In this document: positions 47,841 through 60,300 of the stretch, in pieces
How the letters are laid out: the number at the start of each line of letters is the position of its first letter
How positions within the stretch are numbered: the first letter of the stretch is position 1
NCBI GenBank assembly: GCA_039815185.1
Contig: JBCBZT010000013.1
Location: 93,858-157,857, forward strand
Source of the DNA: Cyanobacteria bacterium P01_A01_bin.123
Lineage (GTDB): Bacteria; Cyanobacteriota; Cyanobacteriia; Phormidesmidales; Phormidesmidaceae
Direction: 5' to 3'
Length of the DNA: 64,000 nt
Position numbers and translations under genes: made by a program
Notes under the pieces: generated by a model
The model's input: the letters and a program-made list of their open reading frames with translations, nothing else
The model's database searches: none
Told to the model about the DNA's origin: nothing

Positions 47841-48722
47841 ATGGTTATAGCTTCCTCTTCTGAGCGTACGCCTAAATTCCTTAAAAACCGAGCCGTCCAA
47901 AGATTTTTGGAGTCGACTTCGGGGTTGATTGGCTTGGGATTAACGTTATTTATTGTGCTTGCGGCCTTGCTAGCCCCGATCTTGAATCCCTACGATCCGG
48001 CATCCGATCGCGACTATGCTGCCCGACTGCAAGCGCCGAGTTTAGAACACTGGTTTGGGGCCGATGGTTTAGGCCGTGATATTTTGACCCAGGTTTGGTA
48101 TGGGTTGAGGACTTCGTTGGTCATTGGGTTAGTGTCTGTGCTGATTGGGTTGCTGATTGGCGTAGCGTTGGGGTTAGCGTCGGGCTATTTTCGCAGCTGG
48201 ATAGAAATCTGTGTGGGTTGGCTGACAGACGTCATGCTGGCATTTCCATCGATTTTGCTGGCGATCGCAGTCGTTACGGTCACTGGCCCCAGCGTTGTTA
48301 GTGTCATGTTTGCCGTGGGGATTGTACAAATTCCTAAATTTATTCGGCTCACCCGCAGCATGGTGCTCTCACTACGCGAGCAAGAATTTGTGCAAACCGT
48401 TCGTGCCTTTGGGGCAAAGCCGCCGCGCATCGTGTTTTTGCACATTTTGCCCGCCAGCCTTGCGCCGATTGTGGTACAGGCAACCCTGGCGATCGGTACC
48501 TCTACTTTAGAAGCGGCAGGGCTAGGCTTTTTGGGGCTGGGTGCTCAACCGCCCACGCCAGAACTGGGCACTATGCTTTCCGATGCGTTTAAGGGCGGCT
48601 ATTCGCTGTCATCACCTTGGACCATCATGTTTCCGGGCTTGTTTATTACTGTGACCGTGTTGGCGTTTAATCTATTGGGCGATGGTTTGCGGGATGCACT
48701 CGATCCGAAGGGCAGCCATTAG
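47841..48722 (+). CDS. dppC: Peptide ABC transporter permease
   Basis: HWFGADGLGRD, LGFLGLG.QPPTPELG and NLLGDGLRDALDP. Confidence 0.88.
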   Translation: MVIASSSERTPKFLKNRAVQRFLESTSGLIGLGLTLFIVLAALLAPILNPYDPASDRDYAARLQAPSLEHWFGADGLGRDILTQVWYGLRTSLVIGLVSVLIGLLIGVALGLASGYFRSWIEICVGWLTDVMLAFPSILLAIAVVTVTGPSVVSVMFAVGIVQIPKFIRLTRSMVLSLREQEFVQTVRAFGAKPPRIVFLHILPASLAPIVVQATLAIGTSTLEAAGLGFLGLGAQPPTPELGTMLSDAFKGGYSLSSPWTIMFPGLFITVTVLAFNLLGDGLRDALDPKGSH

Positions 48723-48833
48723 ATTAAGTGAGTGTTCTGTTGGGAAAGTCAGCACTATCCAGCGGCGCGGACAGTTGCAAGAAATAGTCAGAATGCGATC
48801 GCGTCCTTTTTTAACCATGTGAGTGAGAAATCC

Positions 48834-51218
48834 CTAGCTCAAATTGTGCAAAACCTTTTCAGCAGAGACTTTGGGCAAAGGGCGGGAAAAGAAGTATCCT
48901 TGGCCCTGGTCACAGCCAAGTTTCTTGAGGTAGTCCAACTGTTCTAAGGTTTCAATCCCTTCAGCAATTACCGTCATGCCTAAGTTTTGAGCCAACCCAA
49001 CAATAGCCTGAATAATTTTGCCCTCATGACGCTTCAGATTTTGGACAAAAGAGCGATCAATTTTTAGAGTATCTACAGGAAAATCATTCAGATAGCGTAG
49101 TGATGAGTAGCCAGTACCAAAATCATCTAGGCTCATCTGGACACCAATGGCTCTCAGTTGCTCGAGTCGCTCAGTAATGGTGCAGGCGGTTTCCAACAGT
49201 ACACTTTCGGTAATTTCTAATTTGAGGCTCGCTGCTGAGAGTTGATAGCGCTCCAAGGCATCTTGAATCCTAAACACAAGGTCAGGCTGAGCAAACTGTC
49301 TGGCAGAAATATTAAAGCTCATACTTAAAGCCCGGGGAGCAGCCCAGTTTATTTGCCATTGCCGTAGCTGTTGACAGCCTTCTTCGATCACCCAATTTCC
49401 TAGGGGAACCACAAGTCCTGTTTCTTCTGCAATCGGGATAAACTCGTCCGGGGAAATCAGGCCACAACTGGGGTGAAGCCAGCGGATTAAAGCTTCAAAC
49501 CCTAAAATTTTGCCCGTTTCAAGTGAGACAATTGGTTGATAATACAGCTGAAACGGATGGACTTTTCCGTTGCGCATAGACTTTACAGCACAGCGCAAGT
49601 CATGCTCTATTTGTAATCGAGCTAATACTGAAGCATGCATCTTCTGATCGAAGACAACATAGCTTTCTTGAGCATTGATCTTGGCCTGATACATCGCCAT
49701 ATCCGCATCTCGCAGCATATTCTCAAGCTGACAGTACCCTCCCGAAGAATGAACCACGCCAATACTGATCGAAGCCATTATTTCATGGGTGCCAACCTGT
49801 AAGGGCGTAGCCAACGCTGCTCGCAAACAATCAACCACTCGACAAGCTTCGGCCGCATCTTTCACTTGATGCAGCAAAATACCAAATTCGTCTCCACCGA
49901 GACGGGCAAACAAATCTTGGGGGTTAAGGCAGGGGAGTAATCGCTGTGACAAGGCTTGCAAAAACTGATCGCCTACAGTGTGTCCCAAACTATCGTTCAC
50001 TAACTTGAAGCGATCGACATCTAAAAATAAAACTGCAAATTCCTTTATCTGAGCCGGTGCATGTAACTGATCATGCTGCTGCTTCTGTAGCCGCAACCGC
50101 AACTGGTCGGTAAAAGCATGACGGTTAGCAAGTTTGGTGAGACTGTCATAGAGTGCCTGTTGCCTTAACCGTTCACCAATCAGATGATTCTTGGTGGCAA
50201 TGCTGGCTAAATGGGCAGCCGTTTTCATGATTTGGATATGGTCGTGGTTCGGTTGACAGGGAATTTGATGAGACAAGGCAAAGGTACCCAAAACTTCACC
50301 AACCTTAGAAAAGAATGGAATTGACCAGCAGGCTCGAATATTGTGGGATAAGGCCAAATCGCGGAAGGAGGACCAGAGCGGGTCGGTCGCAATATCATTC
50401 ACAAAGACAGGCTCACCCCGATAGGCCGCTGTGCCACAAGACCCTGACCGCTCTCCAATAATCAAGCCATTAAGGGCTTGGGCATAATCTTCAGGCAAGC
50501 TGGGTCCAATGCCAGATTGCAGTGTATTGGTGGTTTCATCTAGCAACAAAACTGAGCAAAAAGCGCCGGGCAGCTCTTGCTCTAGCAATAAACACAAGCT
50601 GTTTAAAATTCGGGATAATTGGGAACCCGCTGCAACTTGTTCAAGCACTTGTGTTTGCGCAATCAGGAGTGCTTCAGAACGCTTGCGCTCAACGGCTGTG
50701 CCTAACAAATGGGTGACCACCTGCAAAAATTGATTCGCTTTAGCGGTCAGCGGTTGAGACTGATGGGAATAAATAGTCAGTACACCTAGGGGAAAATTGC
50801 GCCCCGACGACAACACATAGCCTGCACCGTGGATATGGCCGGGGAATAACAGTTGCAGTCCATTTTGGCTCGGATCTGGGGAAGGGTTTGCTAATACTAC
50901 TGGCTCATCGGCACTTAGTAAATGATTCAGTGTGGAATGATCTTGAGCACTAATGGTGCTACAGTCGGAGACGCCTTGTGTGCTGGCAACTCGCTGCAGT
51001 TTTTGTCCATCAGATAAGACTTGCCAGTAATCACTACCACTTATCTTTAAGACCCGGGCCACTAGCGTTACTGCTTGTTGAAACAAGTCAACTAATGGAA
51101 CGTTAGATAACGCGGATTGACTAAGTTGAGCGATCGCGCCCTGGTTTTCAATGCTGGACGAGAGCCGGACAACCTGATCACCAGAAAGCGAACTACCTCG
51201 ATAGCTAAAATACGACAT
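48834..51218 (-). CDS. GAF-GAF-GGDEF-EAL diguanylate cyclase/phosphodiesterase
   Basis: GAF (GSCGTAAYRGE), DRFKLVNDSLGH, RLGGDEF, FEALIRW, DDFGTGYSSL and EGIET...QGY. Confidence 0.92.
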   Translation of the reverse strand: MSYFSYRGSSLSGDQVVRLSSSIENQGAIAQLSQSALSNVPLVDLFQQAVTLVARVLKISGSDYWQVLSDGQKLQRVASTQGVSDCSTISAQDHSTLNHLLSADEPVVLANPSPDPSQNGLQLLFPGHIHGAGYVLSSGRNFPLGVLTIYSHQSQPLTAKANQFLQVVTHLLGTAVERKRSEALLIAQTQVLEQVAAGSQLSRILNSLCLLLEQELPGAFCSVLLLDETTNTLQSGIGPSLPEDYAQALNGLIIGERSGSCGTAAYRGEPVFVNDIATDPLWSSFRDLALSHNIRACWSIPFFSKVGEVLGTFALSHQIPCQPNHDHIQIMKTAAHLASIATKNHLIGERLRQQALYDSLTKLANRHAFTDQLRLRLQKQQHDQLHAPAQIKEFAVLFLDVDRFKLVNDSLGHTVGDQFLQALSQRLLPCLNPQDLFARLGGDEFGILLHQVKDAAEACRVVDCLRAALATPLQVGTHEIMASISIGVVHSSGGYCQLENMLRDADMAMYQAKINAQESYVVFDQKMHASVLARLQIEHDLRCAVKSMRNGKVHPFQLYYQPIVSLETGKILGFEALIRWLHPSCGLISPDEFIPIAEETGLVVPLGNWVIEEGCQQLRQWQINWAAPRALSMSFNISARQFAQPDLVFRIQDALERYQLSAASLKLEITESVLLETACTITERLEQLRAIGVQMSLDDFGTGYSSLRYLNDFPVDTLKIDRSFVQNLKRHEGKIIQAIVGLAQNLGMTVIAEGIETLEQLDYLKKLGCDQGQGYFFSRPLPKVSAEKVLHNLS

Positions 51219-51662
51219 TACAATTGACTAAACTTTGAAAACATTTAGCAGATCGCGGCCAGTACCCAGGAGCAAAAATGGATAAGTTGTCTACTTTTAG
51301 TTCCTTTAAAAAACTCAAGCAGTTACGATCATTGAGCAAAACTTATCAGTTTCGGCGCGATTTTATTTACAGTAAAATCCCTGATTTTTTCCTAGAATAA
51401 GGTTGTTTCAGCCATTTGGCTTACTTTATTGCATACCCTATCAATGATTGAATACCAGTTATAGTATTTAGCAAATTTTGAATTAAAATCATGCCAAATA
51501 CTTCCTTGTTAAGCCCTATTAATAATAACTGAAGACTGCGTAGCTGGACTGACGCAAATGAGTATGCCTACTCCCAGGTTAGTGGTGGCGTTGTTGACAA
51601 CGGCAGCGATCGCACTCAAGCTATGCTTGCCTTGGTAGATAGAGCGTAACGACTATCGTCCT

Positions 51663-54038
51663 ATGGTGAAAGTCTTTAACCTGTTTGGGACAACAACACT
51701 GTTACTGTTTTCGTTCAGTCCGGCTGTTCGAGCTGAGTTACTGTTCGATCGAGGGCTACCTGCCGATCACATCAATGACTCACCAGGAGAAACGCGAGCC
51801 AATCTTCGGTGGACAGCAGGCTTTGATAATCAAAATTTTTATGGCGACGACTTTGTCATTGGTGAGGTGGGCGATCGCTATGTGATTAACCATATTCGCA
51901 CCTGGGCTGTACTGGGCTATCGAGAAGAGGGGCCAGCGAAACCCGATGAGATGGGTGATTGGTTTAGCCAGGTGAGATTGCTGGGAGGGCTACCTGCTGA
52001 TGAGTATCTCCCACTGCTGGCCTCTGGAAACTTGAACTTGAATGCCAGTACTACAGACAACCCCAGTGTGGTAATTAGTCGGGTCACATATCCTGATGAA
52101 GCAGGGTCTTCGTATAACAACTTTGGGCCGCGCACAACCCTTTGGCAGATTGACTTTTATAATCTCAACTGGGTTGTAGAAGGGGGCACTCGATACAACT
52201 TTTCTGTGCAGGGCACGGGTCGCCAGTTTGAGGGAGAAGACTACTTTCATGCCTGGTACAACCATGCCACCAGCGCCCAGTTTGACAGTGTGCCGCAACA
52301 GGGAGCTGATGATTTGATGCTGGTTTTCAGCAGTGGTGGTGAATTTGTCCGCATTGCAGAGGCTGAAGAACACTGGAATAAGCCAACGGATATCAACATT
52401 CAAGTCTTTGGTGAACTTCTCGAAACAGACGCTTCGCTCGTGGATAATTCTTCTCTAGAACCAGCGATTCGTAGTGTGGCCCAGGCGCTTTGTGCTGCTG
52501 ACCTATTAACAGGCCGAAATTGCCAAAGAGCATTGATTGAAGCAGAACAAGGCAGCTTAGATCGGCGATCGCAGTTGCTAGCCTACATCTACGAACAGTT
52601 TCTGCGTGAGAATAATCTCTCGCCGCCGCTATTTGCGGTTTATAGGCTGGTAACACCCGATGCAGCGTTGCAGAATGAATTACTGGAAGCACTCAACCAA
52701 CTTGAGACAACCGGCATCTTGAGCGGGCTAGCTTATCGTCAGCTCAGCAGCAACATTGCGTCAGGGCGAATTAGAGCACCCCAGGATCTATACGCAGAAG
52801 CGGCGACTTGGATGGCGCTGTATGAAACTTTAGAACCCACCAGAGTCACACCAAGGCTAGATGACCTCCAGTCGATCGGCATTTTATCTCCTGTAGGACA
52901 CACAGAGCTATTGGCCGCACTTCAGGCTGAGATACTCAATCATCCAATTGAGTTTTTGCAATATATTGATCAAGGCGTCTTGATCGATCTGCGTCACTCT
53001 TCTGACCAGCCAGAAGAGTACTTTCCCAGAATTCATCAAGTCATCGCTGAGATGCTGATTGAAACAGGGATTGTAGACGATATGTTTGGCGATTTTGATC
53101 TGGCAATTAGATTAAATGAGGCGTCAAGATCCTTGGCTTCAGCGCAAACTTTAGCAGAATCTAGAGGAATTGAGATTGAGGCGTGTCTAAATTATGAAGT
53201 TGTTGTTTCTGTTGAGGTGAATGGTCGTTACTACAAACACGCTAGTTTTTATGCGCTACCACTAGATGAGCTGGATTTCCTGGGGAGGTTAGAGCCTTGG
53301 GAATTTATCAACCTATTCAACAAGATTTTGCGGGATCAAGCTTCCCCCTATCGGCTTTATATCGCAGAACCGGGTGTCGCGAGTCCCCGAATCAGTTTTG
53401 GGTCGCCTGTTTATCTAAATGAGTGGTTTGGTGTCATTGCGTTAACAGCAGAACAAGCCAATATTTACCTCGGACGTGATATCAATCAACACGCCCGATT
53501 ACCAGAACTAACTAGCGATCGCATTGAAGAATTGCTGACCCTGTTTGAGCAAATTGGTTTGGTTGAGCATCTGACTCGTGATCAGATTGAGGCAGGACGC
53601 AATCGCATTGCCCAAAGCTATATCACTCGATTCTATGAGCTTTTTGAAGCCTTTGATCATGTCCTGCTCAGTTTTGAATGGGAGTCTGGCAATATTGATA
53701 ACCCCTACCAGGCACTGACTCGAGAATTTGCGGCAATCTCACGGGGATATTTTACGCCGACTCAGATCACTAACGAGTTTGATTGGGACACTCAAACTGC
53801 CGGGCAAACCTTTGTGATCAATGGGACTGAGTATAGTCAAACGTTACGTTTCAACGGTGATTGGCTAGACCCTGATTTTTTTGAGTTTATTCAAACTGTC
53901 GCTGCTCAAGAAGTGCCTCAAGGTCAGTTTTATCCCGTCTACGATACTAATGAGATAATTGGATATCTATTTTTGACCGATGCTCAATACGAAGCGCTCC
54001 AAGCTGAGGAACTATTTCAATTCGCACCGATGAGATAG
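51663..54038 (+). CDS. Secreted hypothetical protein, apparently with two unrelated domains
   Basis: Signal peptide ending VRA, an aromatic beta-rich region to about aa 250, then an acidic helical region. Confidence 0.7.
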   Translation: MVKVFNLFGTTTLLLFSFSPAVRAELLFDRGLPADHINDSPGETRANLRWTAGFDNQNFYGDDFVIGEVGDRYVINHIRTWAVLGYREEGPAKPDEMGDWFSQVRLLGGLPADEYLPLLASGNLNLNASTTDNPSVVISRVTYPDEAGSSYNNFGPRTTLWQIDFYNLNWVVEGGTRYNFSVQGTGRQFEGEDYFHAWYNHATSAQFDSVPQQGADDLMLVFSSGGEFVRIAEAEEHWNKPTDINIQVFGELLETDASLVDNSSLEPAIRSVAQALCAADLLTGRNCQRALIEAEQGSLDRRSQLLAYIYEQFLRENNLSPPLFAVYRLVTPDAALQNELLEALNQLETTGILSGLAYRQLSSNIASGRIRAPQDLYAEAATWMALYETLEPTRVTPRLDDLQSIGILSPVGHTELLAALQAEILNHPIEFLQYIDQGVLIDLRHSSDQPEEYFPRIHQVIAEMLIETGIVDDMFGDFDLAIRLNEASRSLASAQTLAESRGIEIEACLNYEVVVSVEVNGRYYKHASFYALPLDELDFLGRLEPWEFINLFNKILRDQASPYRLYIAEPGVASPRISFGSPVYLNEWFGVIALTAEQANIYLGRDINQHARLPELTSDRIEELLTLFEQIGLVEHLTRDQIEAGRNRIAQSYITRFYELFEAFDHVLLSFEWESGNIDNPYQALTREFAAISRGYFTPTQITNEFDWDTQTAGQTFVINGTEYSQTLRFNGDWLDPDFFEFIQTVAAQEVPQGQFYPVYDTNEIIGYLFLTDAQYEALQAEELFQFAPMR

Positions 54039-54041
54039 CTT

Positions 54042-57000
54042 CTAGGTAACAGATTGTTGCCTAGGAATTTTGATAATAAATTCTGTCTCTTGGCCAGGAG
54101 ATGAAGAATACTGGAGAGTACCGCCGTGGTTTTCAGCAATGATTTGATGGCTAATGGACATGCCCATGCCGGTGCCTTTACCCACTGCTTTTGTCGTGAA
54201 AAAAGGATCGAAAATTCGGGATTTAATCATATCTGGAATGCCGGGGCCGTTGTCTAAGATATGAATGGTAACGTGGTCTGAATCAACTGTTTGGGTTCGG
54301 ATAGTGATGGTGCTCGGCGATTGATTGATTTCCTGTTGAGAACGACAGCGATCGCGTTCCTCCAACGCATCCAGGGCGTTAGCCAAAACATTCATAAAGA
54401 CTTGATTGAGCTGCCCAGCATAGCAATCCACTAAAGGTAGATTGCCATACTGTTTAATCACTTGAATTTCAGGACGTTCAGAGGTCGCCCTAAGTCGATG
54501 CTCTAAAATCACGAGGGTGCTATCAATACCAACGTGAATATCGACTTCCTTGCAGTCTGCTTCATCCAACCGAGAAAAGGTGCGTAGGGAAGTGATAATC
54601 TGGCGGATGCGATCAGCTCCCATTTTCATAGAAGTTAGAATCTTCGGTAGATCTTCCTTGAGAAAATCTAATTCGATAGCTTCAATTTCATCTTGAATAC
54701 TAGGGACTGGATTGGGGTAATGGGTTTGATAAAGTTCGATCAGATTTAGCAAATCTTGAGTGTACTGTTTGGCTGGTGGAATATTGCCATAAATAAAGCT
54801 GACTGGGTTGTTAATTTCATGGGCGACGCCTGCGACGAGTTGTCCTAGGGAAGACATTTTTTCGCTCTGGATCATGTGTAGTTGAGTCTGCTGGAGTTCC
54901 TGCAGAGTCTGCTCTACTTCTTTAGCTTTTTGTTTGAGCGCGACTTCTGTCGCTTTGCGCTCAGTAATGCTCAAGCCAGTTCCTCGAAAACCAATGATTT
55001 CGCCTTGGTCATCTAGCATGGGTAAACCACTGACGGCTTCCCAAACCACTTCACCAGATGGCAAAATATCACGATGCTCTAAGGAGAAAGCAGATTTTTG
55101 GATCGCAGCGACTTGGACAACCGACTCCACATGGGCGATATCTGCTTGGGGCATGAACTCAAATGGGGTATGTCCTAGTAATTCAGACGGGGCATAACCT
55201 TTCACAACTTTGGCCTGTTCAGTGACAAAGGTGTATACTCCATCCGCCGTAATTTCCCAAATATATTCTCCGGCGGCTTCGGTTACATCCCGAAAACGCT
55301 GCTCACTTTGACTTAAGGAAACCTCCATGGCTTTGCGATCGCTGATATCTTGAGCTAATCCAATCAAGCCAATAATATTTCCTTCCGCATCGTAGAGGGG
55401 CGTTTTGACTGTTAGATAAGTATGTTCAACGTCTCCAGCAGGAATGACTTCTTCAAAGTGTTGGGCTATCCCCTGGTTCATTACTTCCTGGTCTTTAAGC
55501 ATAATCGGGGTGGCAACTTCTGGTGGCAACAAATCCGCATCGGTTTTGCCGAGAATCTCAGCAATGGGTTTGCCGAAAAAGTCTGCCAGATTGGAATTTA
55601 AGGCGACGTGCCGTCCCCTGTAATCTTTAACAAAGAAAATGCCAGGTATGGTTTCTATGACGGAATTCAGCAGCGTATTCGTTTCCTGCAGGGCATTTTC
55701 AGCCGCTTTGCGATCGCTAATGTCTCGCATGACTGCCAGGGCATGGGGTTTGCCATCATAAAAAAAGGGAATCCCGGTTACTTCTATATCAATGGGCGTG
55801 CCGTCTTTATGAATATCGACTGCTTCGCAAGCAAAACGATCGCCAGATCTGATTGTTTCGAGAAACTGAGCCAATATCGGTAAAGAATCTGGATGAATAT
55901 ATTCTGTTGGGCTGAGGTGGATGAACTCTTCGTAAGTGTAGCCATGCATCTCGCAAGTTGCAGGATTGACTGTGACGGGTTGACCGGTTTCTAAGTCGCT
56001 GATAAAAATCCCATCATTAATCGCTTCAAAAATGCTGCGATATTGCGCTTCTTTTTGCTGGAGTTCGGCTTCGGCTAATTTGCGGTCTGTGATATCAAAA
56101 GTGGTGAGTACAATTCGATAGATGCGGTCGTGATCATCTTTTAGCGGATTCAGGGTTGTCAACCACCACACGTCGCGGTTTTGGAATGGCAAATATTCCT
56201 CATAGGTGATAGATAGACCTGCGTTCAGACAGCGCTGATAGTTTTGCCGGATGATAGTCCCTTGGGCTTTGCCGAGTAGCTGCTCTGGTGTTTTCCCGAT
56301 GACCTGCTCATTAGGTATACCCGTGCGCTTCTCAGCCGCCGGATTCCAACCGACAAATCGAAATTCGCCCTTGGGTGAAACATCAATAATGACGATAGTG
56401 TGCTCTACTCCCTCGTATGTGCTGCGGAGTAGCTGTTCTTGCTCATTGAGTTCAGTTTCAACCGCTTTGCGATCGCTAATGTCTCGCCAAGTCGCGTGAA
56501 AAACCCGCTTTCCACCCATTTCAATGGGCGTCAACAGCACTTCTACCCAGAAATCTTCGCCATTCAGGCGTCGATACAACCACTCAAATCGATGACTGCC
56601 TTGATCAAGGGCGATCGCCACCATGTCATTGGCTTTCGTGAAAGACGCTTGCCCGTCGGGTTGAAATTTGGGTGAGAGTTTAGCCGGGTGTAAAGATAGA
56701 AGCTCATGCTTACTGGCACACCGCATCATCGTGACGGCGGCCTGATTACAATCAACGAAAACGCCATCTTCCAAGAGCAAGATGGCATCTCTGGATGCTT
56801 CGAAGAGTTGGGTAAATAGCGTTTCAGATTTTGTCCGTCTGGCTGTAGCCGTTTGAGATTCAGCCCTAACGGTTTGGCAATTGCTAGTTTTGGAGACTAA
56901 GGGTTGCTGCCCTACCTGATGGCGCTCATCGGTGCGTTGTTGGAGTGCTACTTGGGCTTGCCGTGCTTGCCGCAACGCGTCTTGTAAAAGAACCTTCTGG

Positions 57001-57119
57001 GTTTGATCGGTCGCGTCTAGCTGCCAACAGATTTTTTCTGCCTGTTCTAAGCTGTGTTGCAGTGTTCGGTGGGTAGTTTCTAAATCTGTCAGATTGGATG
57101 GGGCTCTGTGATCCAGCAT
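54042..57119 (-). CDS. Five-PAS sensor histidine kinase (NtrB-type)
   Basis: Five PAS repeats, [31 protein letters not shown] and [15 protein letters not shown]. The start could extend to 57233. Confidence 0.9.
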   Translation of the reverse strand: MLDHRAPSNLTDLETTHRTLQHSLEQAEKICWQLDATDQTQKVLLQDALRQARQAQVALQQRTDERHQVGQQPLVSKTSNCQTVRAESQTATARRTKSETLFTQLFEASRDAILLLEDGVFVDCNQAAVTMMRCASKHELLSLHPAKLSPKFQPDGQASFTKANDMVAIALDQGSHRFEWLYRRLNGEDFWVEVLLTPIEMGGKRVFHATWRDISDRKAVETELNEQEQLLRSTYEGVEHTIVIIDVSPKGEFRFVGWNPAAEKRTGIPNEQVIGKTPEQLLGKAQGTIIRQNYQRCLNAGLSITYEEYLPFQNRDVWWLTTLNPLKDDHDRIYRIVLTTFDITDRKLAEAELQQKEAQYRSIFEAINDGIFISDLETGQPVTVNPATCEMHGYTYEEFIHLSPTEYIHPDSLPILAQFLETIRSGDRFACEAVDIHKDGTPIDIEVTGIPFFYDGKPHALAVMRDISDRKAAENALQETNTLLNSVIETIPGIFFVKDYRGRHVALNSNLADFFGKPIAEILGKTDADLLPPEVATPIMLKDQEVMNQGIAQHFEEVIPAGDVEHTYLTVKTPLYDAEGNIIGLIGLAQDISDRKAMEVSLSQSEQRFRDVTEAAGEYIWEITADGVYTFVTEQAKVVKGYAPSELLGHTPFEFMPQADIAHVESVVQVAAIQKSAFSLEHRDILPSGEVVWEAVSGLPMLDDQGEIIGFRGTGLSITERKATEVALKQKAKEVEQTLQELQQTQLHMIQSEKMSSLGQLVAGVAHEINNPVSFIYGNIPPAKQYTQDLLNLIELYQTHYPNPVPSIQDEIEAIELDFLKEDLPKILTSMKMGADRIRQIITSLRTFSRLDEADCKEVDIHVGIDSTLVILEHRLRATSERPEIQVIKQYGNLPLVDCYAGQLNQVFMNVLANALDALEERDRCRSQQEINQSPSTITIRTQTVDSDHVTIHILDNGPGIPDMIKSRIFDPFFTTKAVGKGTGMGMSISHQIIAENHGGTLQYSSSPGQETEFIIKIPRQQSVT

Positions 57120-57353
57120 AGTCCTGATTACTTTAAGTAGGTGCCTAAGAGAATGTGCCAATAGTTGTGGCGACTCTGAGCACAATTGGAAAAGCCTGTC
57201 ATTTGTAGCATTCCCCAAAACTTTAAATGACAATCTAACTTCATATAAAAGACTGTAGACCCAGACAAAAGCGCCAAAATTAGGTTTGGTATATTGAATG
57301 CAGCGATTTGGGGGTGAGATTAAACGCTAGGTGTCTCCCCCTTCCTTCTCCCC

Positions 57354-60300
57354 ATGGTGTTGATTACAGGTTATCGGTCAATCGAAACCCTCTACGAAGG
57401 CCCAAGGACAATGGTTCTGCGCGGCCAACCCTTGAATTCGGCCAGCAATCAAGTAATACATTCAGCCGTCGCCGATTTGGCAAACAATACCGTCATCCTG
57501 AAATGTCTGAAGGCAGATTACCCGACGCTGTTTGAGTTGTTGTGCTATCGCAATCACTACACCATTGCTAAGGCGCTCAATCTCCCCGGCATTGTCAAAC
57601 CGCATCGATTAATCCCCCATGGCCATAGCTACATCCTGGTATTGGAAGATTTTGGTGGGATGCCGCTGGCCGAGTATGTTGAGACCCATACGGTTTCTAG
57701 CGAGCAGAAACTAAGGATTGCCCTGGGTTTGACAGAAATTCTGGGGACTTTACATCAGCAACGTGTCATCCATAAGTGCTTGGAACCCCGCCATATTCTG
57801 ATTCACCCCACTACGGGTGAAGTCAAGTTGACGGATTTTAGTATTGCCTCTTTACTCCCGCGTGAAACCCAGATTCTTAAAAGTCCTGGTCATTTAGAAG
57901 GCAGCTTGGCTTATCTGTCGCCAGAGCAAACGGGGCGGATGAATCGAGGGATTGATTATCGCAGTGATTTTTATGCCCTGGGGGTCACACTTTATGAACT
58001 GTTCACTGGGTATTTGCCCTTTGAAACCCAAGACCCCATGGCCCTATTGCACTGCCACATTGCCCAGTCGCCGATTCCCCCGACCCAACGTAATGCTGCC
58101 GTTCCCACAGGTATCAGTGCCATTATCTTGAAGCTGATGGCCAAGATGGCGGAAGATCGCTATCAAAGCGAATTTGGTCTACACCATGATTTACAGCACT
58201 GCTTGCAGGCTTATCAGGCTAATGCCCAAATTCCGCGTTTCCCATTGGGAACTCAAGATCGCTGCGATCGCTTCCAAATTCCAGAAAAGCTATACGGTCG
58301 CGAAACGGAAGCTGTAACGTTGTTAGCTGCGTTTGATCGGGTCGCTAACGGCAATCGTTCACACCCTGCTGAGCACGGGGAAGCACCCTCTGATCAGGCC
58401 GAACTGGTCTTGATTTCAGGGTACTCGGGCATTGGTAAAACTGCCCTGGTGAACGAAGTTCATAAGCCCATCGTGCGGCAGCGGGGTTATTTCATCAAAG
58501 GTAAGTTTGACCAACTGCGTCGCAGCATGCCGCTGTTTGCTCTGATTCAAGCCTTTCAGCATTTGCTAAGGCAATTGTTGACGGAAAGTTCAGAGGCGCT
58601 GGGTCAATGGCAAGAAAGAATCCTTGCGGTATTGGGAGAAAATGCCCAAGTGATTGTCGAGGTGCTGCCAGAGTTAGAACAAATTATTGGTTCCCAACCA
58701 CCAGTCCCAACCCTATCGCCCAGCGCCGCCCAACATCGCTTTGTTCATCTATTCGGTCGATTCATTCGAGTTTTTGCAACTGCTGCCCATCCCCTGGTGA
58801 TTTTTTTAGACGATTTGCAATGGGCTGATGCTGCATCCTTAAACCTGATTTATCACAGCTTTTGCGAAACGGAACTGCCCCATTTATTGGTGATTGGGGC
58901 CTATCGGGACAATGAAGTTGGGCCGGGGCATCCGCTAGCCCTCACCCTGACTGACATTCGCCAAAAACGGGCGGTGACCCCTATTCGGCTGACACCCCTC
59001 GACGCATCCTCTCTCAACAAGTTGGTGGCTGACACCCTACAGTGCCAGCGGCAGCGGGCCAGACCCCTGACTGACTTGGTCATGCAGAAAACCCAAGGGA
59101 ATCCTTTCTTTGCCACCCAGTTCTTAAAATCGCTTCACGAAGAGGGATTAATCACCTTTGATCGTGAGGCGGGCTATTGGCAGTGCGATATTGCTCAGAT
59201 TCAGCCCCGCTCAATCACCCCGGACGTGGTTGAATTTATGGCGACTCGACTCCGTAAACTGCCCCCCGAAACCCAAACCGTCCTGAGCTTAGCGGCCTGT
59301 ATGGGCAATGACTTTAACCTGGCGACGTTGGCCTTGATCCACGGTTGCGATCGCCATGAAACTGCTGCCCAACTTTGGCCTGCCTTGCAGTGGGGGTTGG
59401 TCTTACCCACCAGTGAAATCTATCGCTTTTTCCAGGCATCGGAGTTTGATGCCGCCATCCCGACGGATGAAACCCTGAGTTCACTGCCTGAAGAGATCGC
59501 GTCTCCCGAGTCTTCTGACGAGACGACACCGACTTATCGCTTTCTCCACGATCGCGTACAGCAAGCCGCCTATTCGTTGATTCCTGAGAACCAGCGTCCT
59601 CAAACCCATCTGCGCATTGGGCGACTGCTTTGGCACAACATGTCCCATCCTGAGGAACATATTTTTGCCACGCTGAACGCGCTTAATCAGGGCACGGCTT
59701 TAATTACAGACGAATCAGAAGCCTTAGCGATCGCCCAACTCAATCTAACGGGCGGGCAAAAAGCCAAAGTCGCAACCGCCTACGATGTCGCATCAAATTA
59801 TCTACAAACAGCCCTGTCACTGTTGCCTTCGGGGTGCTGGCAAAGCCACTATCGTTTGACCCTGGCCCTCCACGATGCGGCAGCGGAGGTAGCCTACCTA
59901 CGCGGCGACTTCTCGGCCATGGAGCCGCTGATTCAAACCGTGTTAACTCAGGCGCGATCGCTGCTGGACTGCATCAACGTCTACGAAGTACGGATTCAAG
60001 CTCACACCGCGCGCAACCAACCCCTGGCAGCGGTTGCGGTTGCTTTGGAGGTGCTGCGTCAACTGGGCGTGCAGCTGCCCCTAAAACCTACCAAGGGTCA
60101 TGTGCTGATCGCCTTGGCTCGGACAGAATGGGCCTTACTCGGCAAACCCATGCATCGGTTAGTCAACTGGCCAGCCGCCAGTGACCCGACCCAATTGGCG
60201 GTTCGCCAGATCATGCGCAGCATGAGTTCGTCCGCCTATAACGCCGTCCCGGATTTGCTGCCATTGTTGGCGCTCAAGGCTTTAGAACAATCGATTTACC

